Made by a program: the position numbers and the translations under genes | The notes under the pieces: generated by a model | What the model saw: only the letters and a program-made list of their open reading frames with translations | What the model was told of the DNA's origin: nothing | Database searches by the model: none | DNA from: Spirochaetota bacterium | GTDB lineage: Bacteria; Spirochaetota; UBA4802; UBA5550 | Direction of reading: 5' to 3' | DNA length: 64,000 nt | NCBI GenBank assembly: GCA_050298055.1 | Contig: JBNKTL010000004.1 | Coordinates: forward strand, 34,223-98,222 | In this document: one piece after another, positions 59,024 to 64,000 of the stretch | Numbering within the stretch: the stretch's first letter is position 1 | How the letters are laid out: every line of letters begins with the position of its first letter

Positions 59024-60268
59024 TCAATCTGTGAGAGGATTACCCCCGGTCTCCCCTTCAATGATCTTTATCTCCGGGAACCCGCCGTTTCTGAAGAGGA
59101 CTTTTTTTATCGATGACACCCTGGCTAAAAGGATTTTTACTTTTTTCTCAATCTGAATCTTCCTTCTGCCTTTGGATTTTTTCAGCTTCTCCTTAAGCCT
59201 TTCAATTTCATCAAAGAGGGGGACTGTCTGTATCACCCGTTTTCCTTTTCGGTCGCTCCTGATATTTACCGTGGTAATGGGCAGCAACCTGAATCCCGGT
59301 ATAATTTTTTTCTCCTTTTTTGTAAGGACCGCCGTTACCACCACAGAGTCACGAGTACTGGCCCGGAGATTCTTTCCCCCTATCCTCACACTGCTGCTCT
59401 GGTTGGATATGAAGTTCCCCAGACTGTAGAAGATATAAGCTGCCCTGCCGTCTTTCCGTGCGATTTTTTCAACCGGTTGAAGGATATGGGGATGGTGCCT
59501 GATGACCAGGTCCACACCTGCTTCCACGTATTTCCTGATCAGGGCCCTGTCCTTTTCCAGGGGGACAGGGGAGTACTCTTTCCCGGTGTGTAAAACCATC
59601 ACCAGGTAATCACACCGCTTCCTGATATTTTGGATATCCTCCAGAATTTTTTTTCCGGAATAGAAATTGTTTATGTAATAACCGTTCTGCTTTTTAGGGA
59701 TCCTGTAGTTTAATACACCGGTATATCCGATGAATCCAAACCTGATCCCGTTGATCTCCTTCACAACTCCCTGCCTGGCGGCTTTTTCGGTTGAATCAAC
59801 ACCGAGATAGCTCATGCTGTATTTCTTCAGGTGCTCCAATGTGCTCCTGACTCCCCTGTCGCCCTGGTCGAGGATGTGGTTGTTCGCGATGAACATCATG
59901 CTGAACCCTCCCTTCTGCATGGCGGGTATCACGTCCGGGTAACAGTTGAATATCCAGGGAACGCTTTTAAAGGGGGGGGATACGGGGAACTCCATATTGC
60001 CCACGGTGATGTCCGAGCTCTTCAGGTACGCGGAGGTTTTTTCAAAGAGAAAGTCGTATCCCCTGTTGTTCAGGGTACATTTTTTTTCTTTCGATTTTTT
60101 TTCGTGGTGCCGTGCCGCGGTCCTCACCGGCATATGCATGATTATGTCCCCGGTAAAGGAGAGAATCGCCTTCCTCTCCGGTTTTGAATAGCAGCCGGTG
60201 GATAAAAGAAAGAGGAGAGAAAAGGAGAGTAAAGTGTTTTTCATTGGGCCGGATATATTTTTATTCAT
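59024..60268 (-). CDS. CapA/PGA_cap family metallophosphoesterase lipoprotein
   Basis: FTGDIIMH, GNME, ANNHILD, H.G.EY, HHPHILQP, YSLGNFIS; STGC lipobox. Confidence 0.9.
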   Translation of the reverse strand: MNKNISGPMKNTLLSFSLLFLLSTGCYSKPERKAILSFTGDIIMHMPVRTAARHHEKKSKEKKCTLNNRGYDFLFEKTSAYLKSSDITVGNMEFPVSPPFKSVPWIFNCYPDVIPAMQKGGFSMMFIANNHILDQGDRGVRSTLEHLKKYSMSYLGVDSTEKAARQGVVKEINGIRFGFIGYTGVLNYRIPKKQNGYYINNFYSGKKILEDIQNIRKRCDYLVMVLHTGKEYSPVPLEKDRALIRKYVEAGVDLVIRHHPHILQPVEKIARKDGRAAYIFYSLGNFISNQSSSVRIGGKNLRASTRDSVVVTAVLTKKEKKIIPGFRLLPITTVNIRSDRKGKRVIQTVPLFDEIERLKEKLKKSKGRRKIQIEKKVKILLARVSSIKKVLFRNGGFPEIKIIEGETGGNPLTD

Positions 60269-60557
60269 GCAAAAATTCGTAAATTAATTTTATCAAAGGG
60301 TGTCTTTTTAATAATCACTTTTACATTTTATGCATAAAATATGTCAAGAGGTATTGTTTTTAAGAGAGGTTCCGGAAATATATTCTTCCTTGGGATTTCG
60401 AACTTGTACTTTAAGATATGTCGAACTCCAGGTTCGAAATATCTTAATATTCCAATAATCACGGGTCCGGATTTTCAGTGACACTCTATTAATTTTATGA
60501 TTGCAAATTAAAAGCGGCTTTTTATATGTCAATATTTCAGTATTTATAAAAAAATAG

Positions 60558-60695
60558 TAACTACTCAGCTATATATGAAATAAGATGAACTAATAAACAA
60601 AATATACCTGATATGTGCCCGCCGCCTTCGGCGGCGGGCACATATTATTGGTTTTTTATTATATATACATATTTTGCCATATAGCTGAGTAGTTA
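60558..60695. mobile_element. MITE-like element (138 bp) with 17-bp perfect terminal inverted repeats and an internal 16-bp palindrome
   Basis: TAACTACTCAGCTATAT ... ATATAGCTGAGTAGTTA; internal ATATGTGCCCGCCGCC-TTC-GGCGGCGGGCACATAT at 60611-60645. Confidence 0.8.
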
Positions 60696-60731
60696 AAAAA
60701 AATAAAAGAGCTAGCATCTTAATAGATCATT

Positions 60732-61598
60732 ATGATTTTATTGAATAAACAGCGAAAATCTCTCTTTAAATTCCTTCTTTGTGCACTTCGTGATCTTCGT
60801 GGTGGGAAAAATCTTACTCTGAATATTTTAAAAGTTATAATTATCGGAACTCTCACAGGCCTCATCTCCTGCGCCACCCTGAATGGAAATAAGAACGGAA
60901 AGGAGATCGAGAAGCTTAAGTCGGAGAACCATGTTATCCGGAAGAGGATCCTTCTTATTGAGCGGAGGAACAATATCCTGGAGGAAGAGAACATAATCTT
61001 CAAAAAGGACCTCAAGCAGAAGGACGCGAAGATAAGGAGTCTCGATTCCAATATGACTTCACTGAGGAGTAAATATAAAAATGACCTGAATCTCTGGACA
61101 AAGAAATATGAAAATATCCGGGAAAAAAATGCCATACTGGAAAAGAAGAGCAATGAAAAGATCAAAGAACTTACGGAACTGAACAGGAATATTGAAGAGA
61201 CCTTTACGAAAAAAGTGAATGAACTCAATGACCTCTTACGGACAAGGGAGCGGATGTACGCGGGGGATATTGAGAAGCTCACAAAGGAGTCTGCTCAGAA
61301 GGAATTTGATCTTTCGAAAAAGATCGAGGAGCTGAAGAAGACCATAAACGTAAACGATGAGAAAATACTCTCCCTTGAAATAAGTATCAAGGAACTGGGG
61401 AAGCTCCTGGAAAAGCAGAAATCCGAAACAGGGGAGAAGGACAGGACCATTAAAGAGTGTCTCGAAAAAAACAGCATGATGAAAACCGTGCTGGACAATC
61501 TCAGGAAGAAGCTTGAGGAAAAAAGCAGAGAGATTGAAAAGCTCACGTCCCTGAATGAAAAGATTGAGAAGAAAAAAATCCCGGAAAAAGAAAAGTAA
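60732..61598 (+). CDS. Coiled-coil putative lipoprotein (true start probably downstream, near 60819)
   Basis: LISC lipobox followed by a long K/E-rich heptad region. Confidence 0.75.
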   Translation: MILLNKQRKSLFKFLLCALRDLRGGKNLTLNILKVIIIGTLTGLISCATLNGNKNGKEIEKLKSENHVIRKRILLIERRNNILEEENIIFKKDLKQKDAKIRSLDSNMTSLRSKYKNDLNLWTKKYENIREKNAILEKKSNEKIKELTELNRNIEETFTKKVNELNDLLRTRERMYAGDIEKLTKESAQKEFDLSKKIEELKKTINVNDEKILSLEISIKELGKLLEKQKSETGEKDRTIKECLEKNSMMKTVLDNLRKKLEEKSREIEKLTSLNEKIEKKKIPEKEK

Positions 61599-61662
61599 CG
61601 GTGAAGGAGAGACCCGGACCGGGAAAAAAGGCCGGAAATGAAGAGGAGATAAAAAGATTTAC

Positions 61663-63786
61663 GTGAATAAGTACAGGTTTATCAGTACAATTCTTTTTAT
61701 CTCTTTTTTTTCCACGGGAAGCGCATTTGCCGGTACTTCTCTCAGGATCGTTATCACGTCAAATCTCTCCGGGGCTTTCTCGCCGTCCGCTGAAAACCAG
61801 GAAAAAAATGATCCGGTCATTCTCACCGGGCAGTCGGTGATTTCGGAAAAAAAGAAGGGGGCCGATATTTATATCGACCTGGGGAACGCCTTCTATCCCG
61901 GTGTTATCGCAAAGTACAGCTTCGGGTCAGCCATGATGGACTTTTTTAAGTATACCGGCTGCGACCTGACCCTTGTCTCCTCTTCCGACCTGATGCTGGG
62001 GACCAACACCCTTGAATTTCTCCGGAAGGGGAGCAGTACCCGGCTTGTATCGGGGAACCTTTTGCAGAAAGGGAAAAATATCTTTCTCCCCTATCGCCTG
62101 GTAAAAAGGAAGAACCTCCGGATCGCGTTTATCGGCCTCTCATCCAGAAAGATCTTCGTAGACATAGCGGAGAAAAACCTCTATGAAGTTGAGCTTGGTG
62201 ATGAGCAGGATATATTGAACAGGGCGCTGGGGGATATTAAAAAAGCCGGTATTGAATACGTTGTTCTCCTGTCGGGCCTTGATGACAAAACAAATCTTGC
62301 TCTCCTGAACAGGTTTAAAGAGATCGATCTTGTCATAAGCGGCGCGGACAGGAGGAGAGGGATTTTCGATGAAAGGATCATGAGGATGGATGCGGCGGAT
62401 TCCCGTTCCCTCATAGGCGCTTACAGGGGATCGGGCTACTATCTCCTGGACCTCAATATGGACGGGAAAATTGAAGTGAAAAACTTCCGGTTCTTCAGGT
62501 CAGTCTACCATAAGACAGAGAGCAAAAGCTACCGCGAGTTCATAAGCAGGATCACCCGGTGGAAGGAACACTACCTGCAGAAAACAGGGAAAATAATTGC
62601 AGTTGCAGAGGGGAGGGTCATCAGGCTCAACGGCACTCTTGCCTCACACCTCATGAGGGACATCTTTAACACGGAGATCGCTGTTCTCATGAGGGACTCC
62701 GTAACATCATTTACAGGCGCGGATTCCGTCAGTGAGTCGAGTATCCTTGCCGCCATTAATGATATTTACCCTGTGTTTGTCTTTACCCTGAGCGGAAGCG
62801 AGGTGCTCAAAATAAAACCGTTTCTGGAGAGGATGATCACAACAGGCATTAAAGAGAAAAAGGTACAGGGGTACGATATTAGCCCGGAGAGGCTCTACAG
62901 GGTTTCCGCGACCCAGCCGGTTTTCGAGATGATGGAGAAGGAGCTCGGCAGAAAAATAGAGTATACAAACACCTGGAAAAACCTTGCCGAGATTGTGGTT
63001 TCGGACCTTAAGGGTAAGAGGGCCCTGCTCAAAAAAGATTTCGGCTACATTGACAACAGGTTCCGGATGACCGTTGATGTTCTGCTCTCAAACTTTTTCC
63101 AGAGGAGCACAATCAGGAACAGGGACAGGATTGACCCGCCCACGGGCCAGTCCGGGGAGTCTTATGAGAGATGGGGAGTTGAGGACAGGATTGACTTTAC
63201 CCTTTATAACAGGTATCACAGGTTTGTGCTTACACCCTATATCCATTATGTAAAAGAGGGAGAGGAATATATAAATAACCTCCTCCGGGGGACTTTTCTC
63301 TACAGCCTTAACTTAGGATGGCTTATTCATCCCTATCATAAACTGCAGGCTGATTCGGTTGTATCACGGGACGAGGGGAAGAGGCCCACCATTATGAGGG
63401 AGACCGTGGGAGGAAACATCGAGAGCGGTTTTATAACCGGAAAGATCGGTATCGGTTTTGAAAAACATATCCATGATGAACGTGAACCTGCCATATACGG
63501 TTTTGAGGCCCTGCTGACCGTGAAATATGATTTTCTCAAGATGTTTTCTTATTCGCTCAGCCTGGATTCTTTTGTTTCGTTCAGTTCCGCGGAGAGGATC
63601 ATGCAGGACCAGGGTTATCTCAGGGGTGAGATCGAAAACAAGCTTTCGCTAAAAGTGACAACATTGATAGATCTTTCCTTCAAACATAAGTACTATCACT
63701 ATTACCTGTTTGAAGAGGATAAGAAGTTTACCGAGTCACTCTTTGTCACTTCTCTGGACCTTAAGACAGACTTTAAGTTATTCTAA
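61663..63786 (+). CDS. Exported 5'-nucleotidase-like (degenerate calcineurin fold) protein fused to a C-terminal beta-barrel-like domain
   Basis: LRIVITSNLSG, IDLGNAF, PY..VKRKNLRIAFIGL, VVLLS, IDLVISG; beta-rich C-terminus ending in F. Confidence 0.7.
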   Translation: MNKYRFISTILFISFFSTGSAFAGTSLRIVITSNLSGAFSPSAENQEKNDPVILTGQSVISEKKKGADIYIDLGNAFYPGVIAKYSFGSAMMDFFKYTGCDLTLVSSSDLMLGTNTLEFLRKGSSTRLVSGNLLQKGKNIFLPYRLVKRKNLRIAFIGLSSRKIFVDIAEKNLYEVELGDEQDILNRALGDIKKAGIEYVVLLSGLDDKTNLALLNRFKEIDLVISGADRRRGIFDERIMRMDAADSRSLIGAYRGSGYYLLDLNMDGKIEVKNFRFFRSVYHKTESKSYREFISRITRWKEHYLQKTGKIIAVAEGRVIRLNGTLASHLMRDIFNTEIAVLMRDSVTSFTGADSVSESSILAAINDIYPVFVFTLSGSEVLKIKPFLERMITTGIKEKKVQGYDISPERLYRVSATQPVFEMMEKELGRKIEYTNTWKNLAEIVVSDLKGKRALLKKDFGYIDNRFRMTVDVLLSNFFQRSTIRNRDRIDPPTGQSGESYERWGVEDRIDFTLYNRYHRFVLTPYIHYVKEGEEYINNLLRGTFLYSLNLGWLIHPYHKLQADSVVSRDEGKRPTIMRETVGGNIESGFITGKIGIGFEKHIHDEREPAIYGFEALLTVKYDFLKMFSYSLSLDSFVSFSSAERIMQDQGYLRGEIENKLSLKVTTLIDLSFKHKYYHYYLFEEDKKFTESLFVTSLDLKTDFKLF

Positions 63787-63791
63787 AATAT

Positions 63792-64000
63792 CTATTCCAG
63801 CTTGAACTTCTCCAGGGACTTCTCCATGCCATGGGCTATTCCTGTCATGGTTGCCGAGTATTCATTGATCTTGTTAAGATCATTGAGGAACATCTTTATC
63901 TCGCTGAGGAGGGATATGATGTTTTTTGATATTTCCTTTATGTCACCGGTCTGTTCATTGCTCTTCCGGTGAAGGTCTTCAATGATCTCATTGACCGTGT
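63792..64000 (-). CDS. C-terminal end of a probable methyl-accepting chemotaxis protein (partial)
   Basis: Manual translation ...SNEQTGDIKEISKNI...TGIAHGMEKSLEKFKLE*, an MCP-type helical tail. Confidence 0.6.
   Translation of the reverse strand, partial: TVNEIIEDLHRKSNEQTGDIKEISKNIISLLSEIKMFLNDLNKINEYSATMTGIAHGMEKSLEKFKLE

Noticed and set aside
58320..59520. DGR template/variable repeat pair
   Set aside because: The mismatches are not adenine-specific on either strand, most are synonymous, and no reverse transcriptase is present in the window.

Overview
A 64 kb bacterial chromosomal window. A DUF1564-like RHH gene, WGR-LRR proteins and several spirochaete-style hypothetical proteins suggest a free-living Spirochaetota/Leptospirae relative; this is inference only. 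Core content: a V4R plus HAMP signalling pair; a lactate-utilisation module (FadR/LldR regulator, TRAP dctPQM, lldG/lldH) with four clear LldR-type operators; a glpD / alkyl-DHAP synthase / CDP-alcohol phosphotransferase operon; ilvE, glpK, a neuB-family synthase, tRNA-Phe, an AraC-controlled ABC/LolA-like/beta-barrel export module, arsR-acr3, serS, a di-haem peroxidase, cholesterol oxidase and a CapA-family gene. Five things stand out. (1) A ~14 kb toxin-free array (10.1-24 kb) of Imm11/DUF1629-like paralogs interleaved with WGR-domain modular proteins; its intergenic spaces are built from orphan 5' and 3' ends of the same gene family, which suggests a recombination-shuffled poly-immunity locus. 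(2) An MsrA missed by the ORF track, with an in-frame UGA at the catalytic Cys (GUFWG), a SECIS-like hairpin and an N-terminal membrane/signal segment. (3) An AT-rich island after serS with an N6-methyltransferase plus a small PD-(D/E)XK-like gene. (4) A MITE-like element with 17-bp terminal inverted repeats and an internal GC palindrome, in 2-3 copies. (5) A chimeric scar at 58.3-58.6 kb made of diverged pieces of two flanking genes. All family assignments come from motif recognition by eye; no database search was run.
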